64,000 nt of DNA from contig NC_043007.1 of NCBI RefSeq assembly GCF_006345805.1, positions 9,610,001 through 9,674,000 of the forward strand, given 5' to 3'. Under the pieces are notes generated by a model. The model saw only the letters and a list, made by a program, of their open reading frames with translations. It was not told the DNA's origin and made no database searches. Source of the DNA: Octopus sinensis. Taxonomy: Eukaryota. The translations under genes and the position numbers were made by a program. Positions within the stretch are counted from its first letter, which is position 1. Each line of letters opens with the position of its first letter. This document shows, in pieces, positions 1 through 11,199 of the stretch.

Positions 1-1524
1 GCATGCAAAATAACCTGGAACAGAAAAAAAGAACCGCGAAGCAAAACTCTCTTGGTGAAGAAACTACGATGTCACCACCATCCCTTCCACCTTTATTTTC
101 CGGAAAAAGTGACTTACGGCGGGTTTGGAGGTCAGATACGTTGAATGCACCCGAACAAAAACTACGGAAAAAAATTATTCCACACCGAGGTATGAACTAT
201 TTACCTAAAGAATAAAATCTTGAGCCGATTAAAGCTGAATTTTGATTAATTTAATTAATGTGGTTCTTCTTGAAAAGTGGCAAAATTTTTGTCGGCTGCC
301 ATCTGGGATAAATTTAGTAACAAATCAAACTAGTAAGATGCATTAACAATTTCAATTTTAGTGTTTATCCCTAATTTTATTGCTTTTATACCTGTTAATT
401 AAATTTACCTGCCCATAAAAGTCAAATTTACTCAGCAAGATCAGCTAAAATTACATAACTATAAACCAGTGGTAGATAAAGCACCCACTGACAAAATTTC
501 AAATCTATATGTAAAAAATTTACGAAGTTACAAGCAATTATTGTGGACTCCCTTCTTGAAACTGAATAATTCAAAATAATGTGAACAAATAAGCATTTGA
601 TTTGACCTTAATTTGAACACTAAAGATGTTTTTAGGCGTTTTTTTTTACACGCACATAACACAACTTCACTCGGTTGGGTCTACACTTGTGTTAGTTTGA
701 CATCATCAGTCCATAAAATTTGTTTATGGGGAGAAAATTTTTTAAAATATCAATAGATGTGTGAGTGATAAAGAACTGAGGTGGGAGGTTTTGGGATGTG
801 CTAGAAACAACAGCCAAATCTCCCTTAAAGTACAAGTTTTCCTCTGAAATTGTTAATTTTTTTTAAAACCGAAAATCTTTCTCTTGCAGATTTCAGGTGT
901 GTAGTCAGAAAAAAATATGGCCAAAATCGTTACGGACTGCGGTGGTGAGGTAGTGGCGGGAGTGAAAAAAATAATTTTCAAACTTTTTTTTTTTTTCGTG
1001 AAAAGATGCCTCCCATCACTCTGAAGACTTTGGTGAAAAACTGGAAAAAATCTCCGTCAAAACTGTGAAATTCCAGCTTATGTGAACCGTCTGGTCTGAA
1101 ACTCCATTTTCCAGAAATTCTTTTCCCCCGCTTCTTCCAAACCTTTTGCCTACAAATTTCTTTGTAATCACAATCTACACCGTTTGAAAGGTGCTAGTAT
1201 GAAATTTCAATAAAAAACGCCTATTTTTCGGAACGGGTTCTATGAATTTTTCGAAACTCTCCAACCACTCGAAAAATTTCTTTCCAACAAATCTTTACAT
1301 ATACTAAATCTACAAGATATAAGCGATTATTTGGTGAAAGTTTCCTTAAAAACTATCCATTTTGCAGAAAGTTATAAGGCAACAAAATCGGTGGGGTTAA
1401 AGCTGTAGATATGCTTCATTCAATAAAAGTTAACGTTAACGGATTAACTTAAACATCCGTTACATTTTCAAAGAATTAACAGATTAACGATTAACAAAGT
1501 CAACTTTTTGATTAACGGTGCTCA

Positions 1525-1631
1525 GAAGTGGCTGTGTGGTAAGTAGCTTGCTAACCAACCACATGGTTCCGGATACAGTCACAATGCCTTGTGAGTGGAT
1601 TTGGTAGACGGAAACTGAAAGAAGCCTGTCG

Positions 1632-1664
<33 letters not shown>

Positions 1665-1857
1665 TTGTCCCCCTAGCATTGCTTGACAACCGATGCTGGT
1701 GTGTTTACGTCCCCGTCACTTTGCGGTTCAGCGAAACAGACCGATAGAATAAGTACTGGGCTTACAAAGAATAAGTCCCGCGGTCGATTTGCTCGACTAA
1801 AGGCGGTGCTCCAGCATGGCTGCAGTCAAATAACTGAAACAAGTAAAAGAGTAAAAA
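1525..1857 (+). mobile_element. SINE-A copy (tRNA-derived head, internal (TA)n(TG)n), internally deleted
   Basis: GTGGCTGTGTGGTAAGTAGCTTGC head, GGATTTGGTAGACGGAAACTGAAAGAAG core and AAACAAGTAAAAGAG tail shared with copies at 31427, 42230, 46486 and 58722. Confidence 0.85.
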
Positions 1858-1874
1858 AGATATATATATATATA

Positions 1875-1995
1875 TCAGAATTAAACAGCCGAAATCTGCG
1901 ATGAGGGATCAGTTTCTGACTGAAGAATGAAGGCTTTGAATGACCCGTTTGTCTTTTTGTTCGTCCCTTCGTGTATTTCACGTTATTTATTTATG
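1875..1995 (+). repeat. Dispersed repeat, diverged relative of 9095-9215
   Basis: CAGCCGAAAT...GACTGA(A/T)GA.TGA.GGCTT.GAATG.CCC aligns by eye with 9095-9215. Confidence 0.6.
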
Positions 1996-2289
1996 TAAAG
2001 GTTTATTATATATATATAGTATTTCATTTGGCCACACTGTTACCTTCGATCGATACTTTTTATCTTGGCCAAGAAAAGGGAAAGTACCAAGTTAATCTCG
2101 GAGAAATTTGAGCAGAGAGAGATGAGATGGAAAAATATTACGTGGCAAATTATCCGGTTGCTTAACAACTCGACCAAAACGCCTCATTACTTACATGGAC
2201 GGACACACACACACACACACACATACACACACACACACACACATACACACACATACACACACACATACACAAATATACATATATATATA

Positions 2290-2500
2290 TCAATCGACCT
2301 CAGCACGTTTAAACCTGGTACTTATTCTACCGATTTTTTGCTGGACCGCAAAGTTACGGAGATGTAAAGTCCCCAACACCGGTTTTCAAGTGATGTGAGG
2401 GGACAAACATAGACACCGATATGCACACACACACACACGACAGGTTTATTTTTCCGTTTACTAAATCCGAAGCCCGAAACTGTAGTAGAAGACACTTATG
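2290..2500 (-). mobile_element. Degenerate SINE-A fragment
   Basis: GGTACTTATTCTACCG, GGACAAACA and GTAGAAGACACTT motifs of SINE-A in reverse. Confidence 0.55.
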
Positions 2501-2782
2501 GTCGTGAGCAAGCTTACACATGCACATATATGTGTTTGTGTGTGTGTGTGTGTATGTGAGTGTGTATGTGTGTGTGTGTGTGTCTCAGTGTGTGCGTGTG
2601 TGTGTATATGGTGAGGGTAAATTCCGCCTTCGGCCATGGGATTGCACTTTCTAAGTCATAATTCCGGACAAATTTTCTATGGAAGTCCAGCAGTCCGCAA
2701 TGCATACCAGCTTCACCTATCCATTCTACTGAAGTTATCCTACAGAAAGGCGAAGTCCAAAATAGTTAGGCACCATTGATGT

Positions 2783-2910
2783 CGCAGCTCATTTCTACAG
2801 GTGAGTGAACTGGAGCAACTTGAAATAAAGTGTCTTGCTCAAGAACACAACACAAAGTCCGGTGCGAGAATCGAACTTATCTTCTCGATGCTCTAATCAT
2901 TGAGCCACTT
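2783..2910 (-). mobile_element. SINE-D fragment
   Basis: GAGTGAACTGGAGCAAC..AAATAAAGTGTCTTGCTCAAGAACACAAC core shared with 20945-21185 and 30178-30515. Confidence 0.7.
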
Positions 2911-2933
2911 GCCCTCGGTGCATATATATTTAT

Positions 2934-2965
<32 letters not shown>

Positions 2966-2971
2966 GTATGT

Positions 2972-3003
<32 letters not shown>

Positions 3004-3679
3004 TTACGTATATATATATATATATATAATATGCGTGCACACTTATATACACTAACATTCATGTACTTAATCTCATATAAAATTTCGTTATACTTCTTCC
3101 TCAATATTAATATATTTTTAAAAAATCCCAAATCAAACGACATATACAAGTAATTCAGATATTTCTGGGAAAAGGGAAAAAAAATTGAAAAAATAATCAC
3201 CATAAGGGTATTTGAAATACCACGCCAAAAATTACACCATACCATCGACCTGGGAAAAGAAAGACAGTGTCGGAACAGGATGATTTTCTCGCTCGCTCAC
3301 ATAAACAATAAATATATAAAATAGGAAACAAAACTAATTTCATTATAGTAAAAGAATGGATTATTGAAAGAATATATATATAACGATGTTATGCATTTCT
3401 CGGTATTTTATTTCCCATATAGCGAAAAATTGAGATTAGGCAAGTCTATTAAAGCGAGCTGCAATATAACATTTATCGTTCTTTGAAAGTTTCACTTTGA
3501 AGGTGGCGCTTGGAGATTCTGAAAAAGTTATTAATATATTGATATCAATATAATAAGCTGTTTATCTGGAACATTCCTGATTTGACATCGACTATAAAGC
3601 GTAATAGTTCAGATAGAGTAATATATCTTATAAGAAGCAATGTGGGCGGGTTTTTCAATTTCTACTTACGCACACACAA

Positions 3680-3714
<35 letters not shown>

Positions 3715-3993
3715 TGCATACGCACACATACACACATATACACACACGCACACACACGTACAAATAGACAAACACACAGACACACATACATACACAAACA
3801 CACGCACTCACACATATATACCCAACCTATATATATATGAATGTATATATGTATATATATCTATATATCTATATATATATATATATTTGTATATATACAT
3901 ATATGTATGTGTATATACATATAATATATAATGTATATACACACAAACATAAATATGTATATGTGCGCATCTACATTGTATTACATATGCATT

Positions 3994-4052
<59 letters not shown>

Positions 4053-5664
4053 TGTGTGTGTGTGTGCGTGCGTGTGCGTGTGTGTGCGTGTGTGTGTGTA
4101 TAATTACAGATAAGTACGTGTGGATGTATTGAATGCACGCATATAAGCATACATACAGTATTCATACTGCGTACATACATTTATATACGTTATACATACA
4201 TACATGTATATACTCTTGGTGGTGGTGGTGGTGTGCCCGCGTATTAGTGGGGCTGCGTATATTTAATTATAGATATTATTTTGCTTATATACGCCTAGTG
4301 TATGTTTGTGTGTGTTTGTATTTTCTTTAAGTATCGCATAGGTGTCTATGATAAAGAAATATGTCATAAAAATAACATAGCATATAAGAATAGATAAGAA
4401 TAAAACGTCCGATCACTCGCTCACACTCGTATCTGTATATACAACGAAGGCTGACAAACAGAAAGGAGCAATGAAGGCGAGAGAGGAGGAGGGAGAGATA
4501 GAGAGAGAGAGACTCATAATCACACATACGCACAGAAATGTGTGTGTACATACATATATATATACACATATATAATATATAATATAATATATATAGATAT
4601 AGATATAGATATATATATATCTATATATATTATATATATATATATATATATACATAGATTCCCACATAAATATCTGTAAAAATATTAAGCGATATTATCA
4701 AACGGTAGTATTATAGCTATCAAAGCGTCATTTTATAAGAGATATCAATTGTACACATGATATCTATATCATATTTTATGACCCCCAGATTGAAAATCAC
4801 CTGCTTTATTGTATCACCGCCATTTTAATCCGTATCAAATACAATCAGAGTATACTTAAAGTAATTTAATTAATTGACTAATCTAATCTTAGAGAAACCT
4901 ATAATGGCTTTTGCTATCTTTGTTCAGCCTCTGCTCTCAACTAAATTTGAAAATATTCGATAGCGATTCCACCGTACCTGGCTTTGCAATTTAATTTTCT
5001 TCTGTTTCTTTTATGATGTTTGGCTAGAGTTGATAAAATTTGAATACTTTGATATAAAATATATTAGATTGTTTTACCTTGTTGATGTATACACACACAC
5101 ACACACACACTCACACACACACATATATACTTAGATACAAATATACATGCATATATATATTATGCATACATACCTATATCTGGGAGCGTATGTGTATGTA
5201 TGTATATATAAACATAAATATAAATGTATCGACCAATGGTGCTCCATTGTTAGAGCTGTCAAAATAGGGAATAGAAAGTGTTGCAATATTTGTTCAAGCA
5301 GTCTGCGATTTGGGTTCGAAACCCAATAAGTTCAATTTGACTGCATTGCCTCCTGACTGCGATAAACATTCTACTCGTACAGTAGATGTGCATTAACCTC
5401 TGACATTACGCCATCTGTGTTATGGAAGGTAATCGGGTTTTCGAATATGCGCATGAGTGTGGTCGGGATATATCTGTATCTATATTAACAGAGAGACAGA
5501 CAGACAGACAGATATGTTTCTTTATTAGCCACACAGGGATGCACAAAGACGGGACAAATTACAAGGTAGAGTTTTTCTTTTGGGGATAAAAAATGGGAGT
5601 TGATTTTCGATCAAAAGGGAATGTAAAAAGAAAGAAAGAGGAAAAAAAGGTAGATAGATAGATC

Positions 5665-5718
<54 letters not shown>

Positions 5719-5834
5719 CAGATAGAAAGTTGGATAGGTACATACATACATACATACATACATATATACATACATATATGGATTGATGGATTACGATTGG
5801 ATACATATAGGCAAGTATGGTTAGCCAAGTAGAT

Positions 5835-5870
<36 letters not shown>

Positions 5871-6199
5871 TGAAACAATTTTATTCTTTGTCATTTGTGG
5901 GTGAAACGTTTAATATAGTAATCACAGAGGACAGGTAACTCAAATTACAACCTAAATTACAGAGAAATATCACGAACGTTAATGACAGTTCTCCTCTATA
6001 ACGAAAAGGGAGAGAAATTTGGAATTTAAATTTTCTCAAATATTATCATTGTCGTACGTTTGCATCTCATACGGTTTTGTAATTTATTGCCTTGTTGATG
6101 TTGCTGCTGTTGTTATTTTGTTGTTATTCTACTTGTTCATGGCGGAGTTAATGATGGTTTAAGTGACTACACTTATGCTGCTATCCGTAGGTTCAGATC

Positions 6200-6387
6200 T
6201 GACCTTACAGTTCAATATTTAAGAGATGAGGAATTATGTACATTATTTACATTATTTACATTTGACGGATATTTGTCTTCATCTTGTTTGTTGTTAACAC
6301 ACGTTTCGGCTGCTATACTCCCCAGCCTTCATCATGTGCCTTGAGGAAATTTCGAATCTGGGTTCTCATTCCTAAGGTATTTTTCGC

Positions 6388-6422
<35 letters not shown>

Positions 6423-6493
6423 TCACTGCCTGGAATCGAACTCGGAATCTTGGGATTGGTAGCACGCGCTCTTAACCACCACGCCATATGCCC
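6200..6493 (-). mobile_element. SINE-E: tRNA-like head + (AAT)n spacer + hammerhead-like body
   Basis: Minus strand: A box TGGCGTGGTGGTT (6486-6474), B box GTTCGATTCC (6441-6432), (AAT)n at about 6390-6418, HHR-like motif 6340-6297, tandem TACATTATT near the 3' end. Confidence 0.7.
6297..6340 (-). ncRNA. Decayed type I hammerhead ribozyme motif
   Basis: GCAC-ATGATGA-A-GGCTG-(10 nt)-CAGCC-GAAA-CGT-GTGT: 5-bp stem II, palindromic ACGT helix III and GCAC/GTGT stem I; C3 is A and N17 appears deleted. Confidence 0.6.
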
Positions 6494-6580
<87 letters not shown>

Positions 6581-6613
6581 AAATATATATATATAAATAA
6601 ATATATATATATG

Positions 6614-6658
<45 letters not shown>

Positions 6659-6716
6659 ATATATATATTATATATATATATATATATAATATATATATAT
6701 GTATATATACATATAT

Positions 6717-7025
6717 GGAGACGCAATGGCCCAGTGGTTAGGGCAGCGGACTCGCGGTTGTAGGATCGCGGTTTCGATTCCCAGACCGGGCGCTGTGAGT
6801 GTTTATTGAGCGAAAACACCTAAAGCTCCACGAGCTACAGAAGGGGGTGGTGGTGATCCCTGCTGTACTCTTTCGCCACAACTTTCTCTCACTCTTTCTT
6901 CTGTTGGCCTGCTCGCTTAGTCAGCAGAGTGGCGTCACTTGAAGGCTAAAACAATGCGAAGCGCATTGTGACCAGCGATGTGTAGCAACATCTGATAGCC
7001 CGGTCGGTCACAGTGATCGCGGTGA
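6717..7025 (+). mobile_element. SINE-B head with an alternative 3' tail
   Basis: A box TGGCCCAGTGG and B box GTTTCGATTCC; matches 24818-25204 up to CTCACTCTT then diverges; approximate TSD TGTATATATACA(T/C)ATAT. Confidence 0.85.
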
Positions 7026-7179
7026 TGTATATATACACATATATAAATGTGTGTGTGTGTGTGTGTGTGTGTCCATATATATCAGTTTGATAAGAAAGAT
7101 CTTGGACACCTTTAACATATCGCTTTATTAACAATTAAAAAAAACCCACAAAAAGCAATCAATCCAAAAGTTAATCACC

Positions 7180-7975
7180 TTCGTTATTGATCGCCTTTAG
7201 CCATCTTTCAGGCAAAGTTTTGAATCCTTTCATCCAGAAATCGCGTGGCTTTGAATCAACGAAGTCGTAAAGGAACGATTTCAAATGTTCTTCGTTTTCG
7301 AACTCTGTATCGCCAGTCGCGCGTTACAAAGCAGAGAATAAGTGGTAGTCAGAACGGAAAAGGTAAAGACAATACGGTGGGAGCACTATAATCCACCGGC
7401 CCGCCTCCTTCAGCTTCTCTGACGTCTTTACACGATGTGCTGGCGAGTTGTATTGGTGGTAAATTATCTTCGGCCAGCAAGATCTTTAGACGGTCGATTT
7501 GTTCGCAGTAGACATCCTTATCAACAGTGGTATTGCGCGGGAGAAGATCCAGCATGATCACATCACGACAATCCCACCAAACTGTGATCATAACCTTCTT
7601 TTTGCACAAGCGGTCCTTTTGGCGAAGGTTTTGGTTGTTGACCTCTGCTACACCAGGATTATCTGCACCTCACGTTGGAGTACAATACCCATTTTTTATC
7701 CATAGTGATTACTGACTCCAACCAATCGAATCTTCGGCTTAACCTGAGCAAACTTTGATACGTAGTGACACGTGCTTGTTTGTTCGCTTTAGTTCATTCA
7801 TTGGGCACCCATTTTTACGAGCTTGCTGATCTTGCCGAGACGATGCATGCGGCTGATGATGGTGACATGGGAGTCGCCAAACTGTATCGCAAGTTGACGT
7901 GCAGTTTGCATTTGATCGGCTTCAATGACTTGCAACAAAGTCTTGTCCAAGAACTTTCTTACCAATGTAATATAT
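7180..7975 (-). pseudogene. Mariner-type DD34D transposase remnant
   Basis: Translated pieces KWVPNE, VITMDKKW (TGDEKW-like), KKVMITVWWD, PPY..L..SDYHLFSAL and FW.KG.KTLPERW; stops and frameshifts. Confidence 0.85.
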
Positions 7976-7981
7976 GTCTTG

Positions 7982-8429
7982 TCTTTTGCTTGTTTTACAC
8001 ATTAGACTGTGGCCATGCTGGGGCACGCATTAGAGAAATTTTAGTCTTATGAGTCGACCACAGTATTCATCTATTTTAAGCCTGGTAATTATTCTGTCGG
8101 TTTCTTATGTCGAACCGCTAAGTTAGAGAGGGGGTGCATAAACGCACCAGCACTGGTTGTCAAGCGGTGGTGGAAGATAAACACAGACAGAAAGACACAT
8201 ATACAGACACAAACACACACACACACTCACGCACATACATACAAACATATATACATGAAATAGATATACGACGGGTTTCTTTCACTTTCCATCTATCAAA
8301 TCCAAATCCACAATGTAGGATTTGGTCAACCAGAAGCTATAGTAGAAGACACTCTCCCAAGGTGTCAGGCGATGAGACTGAACACGGTACCATATAGTTG
8401 GGAAGCAAACTTCTTTCCACACAACTGTT

Positions 8430-8430
<1 letters not shown>
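7982..8430 (-). mobile_element. Degenerate SINE-A copy
   Basis: GACTGTGGCCATGCTGGGGCA, GAACCGCTAAGTTA and GTAGAAGACAC..CCCAAGGTG motifs with internal (CA)n. Confidence 0.7.
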
Positions 8431-8473
<43 letters not shown>

Positions 8474-9250
8474 CGGCGGCTACGTATCCACAATTGTCCT
8501 TATACGATAAGTATATTTTTTCTCTAGCATTGATACGACTCTTAATCTGTCTCTTTTTCTCTCTCTCTCCTCCCTTATTCCCCTTCCTTTCTTTCCCTCT
8601 CCATCCGTCTCCCCCCCTTCTACGTTTCTCTATCTCTCTCACCTCCCGCCCCCTCGATCTGTCTCTTTCTTTCCTCCCTCGTCCACCTTCTCTCTCTTTT
8701 CATCTGTCCCTTTTCTCTGTCTTTTGTTCTCACGTGACCGCTAGCCGCTGTTGAGCGCTTTTTCGTTTCAGCAAGCGCAGAAGCAACACGTATTTGTTCG
8801 TCTCCCCGCGGCCATTAGGCACAACTTCACAAGCCAGCCCCATACTCAACCCGTCCTGTCGAAAGACCCTTGTCCTACGTCCTGGTTTTGTTTGTTGTTT
8901 ATTTTTTATTTTTACCGTTATTGTTTTTACGTTTTTGTATTCTTATTGGTGTCACGTATTCTGTATTTTTGTTCGTGTACTTCGTTCGTTTTCGTCCTCG
9001 TGTTGTATACATTCGAAGCTTTCTTCCAGGGTATCTAATGCGCTTGGCTTAGATTTCCCTTGGCGGGCTGGTCATATCGGAGCAATCTCAAGATAATCAG
9101 CCGAAATTGCTAAGATGATCTGGTTCTTGACTGATGACTGAGGGCTTCGAATGTCCCATCCTGTGGTTCTTGTGTCGTCTCTGTGGTGTTTCATGTTCTT
9201 GTCCATGTCTGTAATTTATTTTACTGTTTACCTATATATATATATGAGTT

Positions 9251-9355
9251 ATATTTGCCATCTCAATATGGCCTACCACTATGTGTGGGTGTTACTGTAG
9301 CTCAGCTACAGTAACACCCACACTTAGTGGTTAGCCATATTGAGATGGCAAATAT
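9251..9355. repeat. Fold-back palindrome, 52-bp arms with 1-nt centre
   Basis: 9251-9302 is the reverse complement of 9304-9355 with 3 mismatches. Confidence 0.95.
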
Positions 9356-9505
9356 ACCTCACATTGTCGTGCAGTTACTGTTTATACCTCCTTCAGAGAT
9401 TTATCATTGCTTGTATACACTTTTTCGAGATCAGTGACGTAAAGTTACTGGAAAAAGGATATTAATATTTGCATTGGGAACTCCTTTCATCGAAAACCAG
9501 TGTTT
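9304..9505 (+). mobile_element. 5' part of an HHR-bearing retrozyme/pLTR-like element (continues at 14845-15122)
   Basis: 9304-9412 repeats at 15014-15122 (104/109 identical); ends in the TSD of the LINE. Confidence 0.7.
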
Positions 9506-9742
9506 TGACTCGTCTAGGGACCCTTCTTTCATCTGCGTATTGAGAAGTTAGCTGCTTATTTTGTTGAGTGAGTTCGTTTTTTGTTCGTCGTTGTTTGTGT
9601 TTGCACGTGAATTGAACAGTTGTCCGTTGTGTGACAGTAATTTTCGCCCTACGGGGCTGAAAATTCTGTGTATAGACATTGTTATTACCTTCGGGGTAAT
9701 TTTTTTTTTTTAATTGAAAAATTGGTTCTCATAATTTGAGAA

Positions 9743-11177
9743 ATGGAGTTCGACTTGGCGTCGAGGAGCGACTTTCCCGTGATGGGAAAAGGCGAACAGA
9801 AGGATATCGAGGTTAGAAAACAGTCTTTTTCGGCCGCAGTGGGCGGAACCGTAACGGAAGTGGAATTCAAAATAGAACAGTTGTTCGAATACCGGAACTT
9901 GGTCAAAAAGGAAGGCAACGAAATAAAACTGGTACCGCCGCAAGCGATATTACAGGAAATAAAGGCCAAGACAGTCGTGTACAAGGTTTACAGTAACAAA
10001 GAGAAAAAAATAATGGACGTGAAGAACGAAATAGTAGAGAAGTGCTTGTCCCCGGTGTGGAGTAAAATTTGCTACGTCGGTCGAGGTGCCCGCAGCGCTA
10101 CCGTTGAAGCACATTTCGACTCGGCTGATGTGGCAAGAGAGATTTCATCGATGACCTTAAAAAGTGAGGACATCATGTTACTACCTACCTATATGGGCAA
10201 AAAACTGCGAAACTATATGTGGAAGATATACCAAGAGGATATAATATAATGTGGGTAGCAGCGGCGGTTCTGCACGGCGTAGAGCAGAAAGTCTCAATTC
10301 TGCAGATGAAAAGGAAAGAGGAGGTAAACTGGAAGGGACAAGCTCTCGAACTCCTCGTTCAAGCAGAAAATAATGTGCTAGAAAACTTACCCGATAGGGT
10401 ATTTATTGAGGAGGGAATTTCAATGAGAGTGTCAGTGGAGGGGCGCAGACCTAGGTGTTTCAAATGTGGTGAAAAGGGTCACGTCCGCTCGAACTGCATA
10501 AAAAAAAGAAAAACAGCGAAGCCCCTCCTCAAAGTGCTTCAAACACAGAAAAAGAAAAGGCGGATAAAGACCCCAAGACTGCGACAAGGAAGGGAATCGA
10601 AACGGAAGATAAAAAAGAACAAATGGAATTTACACAGGTGACACACAAAAGAAAAAAAGAAAATACCCTGGACACCCCTCCCCAAACAAAGAAAAACTCA
10701 GCAAACACCGCAGATATACATACAAAACAAATTCCCCAGCCCTACCCCCACGGCACTGTATTCATTGGAACACAGTTCGCCAAGCCCCACTCCATGAAAC
10801 AAGATTGGAAAAAATTGATAAAAAAAAATGAAAAAATTGTAGCATTCGACGAGAAGAACGATAGAGTGTTTAAGTGTTTTAAATTTTCAAAACTGAAATT
10901 ATTCAGTAAGTCTGAAGACACTAAATCAACCACTCGTTTTGCAAAAATAAAGGAAGACGAGTGGAAGGGAAAAACACTCCAAGAACATTTAAAAAATAAC
11001 CTTATCAGAGACATAACTAACGAAATACTGGAGGGCAAACTTACTATAACCCCGGCAACCACACCTACCCAGAGCCCGATGGCAACGCCGGTTAAGAGCC
11101 CTGCAGCTACGACCACAAGAGAGGAAGAAGGGGAAGCATGCAGATTTAAACTGTCATGCTACCTGTCCCAACCGTAA
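9743..11177 (+). pseudogene. LINE ORF1 (gag-like, CX2CX4HX4C zinc knuckle), frameshifted
   Basis: CFKCGEKGHVRSNC; three ORF-track pieces join across A-runs near 10200 and 10500. Confidence 0.8.
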
Positions 11178-11199
11178 GTTTTTTTTTCTCTCTCCGACA

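Noticed and set aside
1-1520. ORF 3-215 with a possible GTATGA donor, and DNA-transposon-like sequence with TTAAC repeats at 1430-1520
   Set aside because: No recognisable protein motif, and no TIR pair or TSD could be identified; the window edge truncates it.
6421-6493. Functional tRNA genes here or in SINE A-D heads
   Set aside because: A and B boxes are present, but acceptor and anticodon stems do not pair and each continues into a repeat body.
9095-9170. CAGCC-GAAA...CTGATGA...GGCTT-CGAAT as a hammerhead (also at about 1885-1945)
   Set aside because: The type I reading has GAAT and no stems; the type II reading needs a 5-nt insert before stem II and has no proper helix III.
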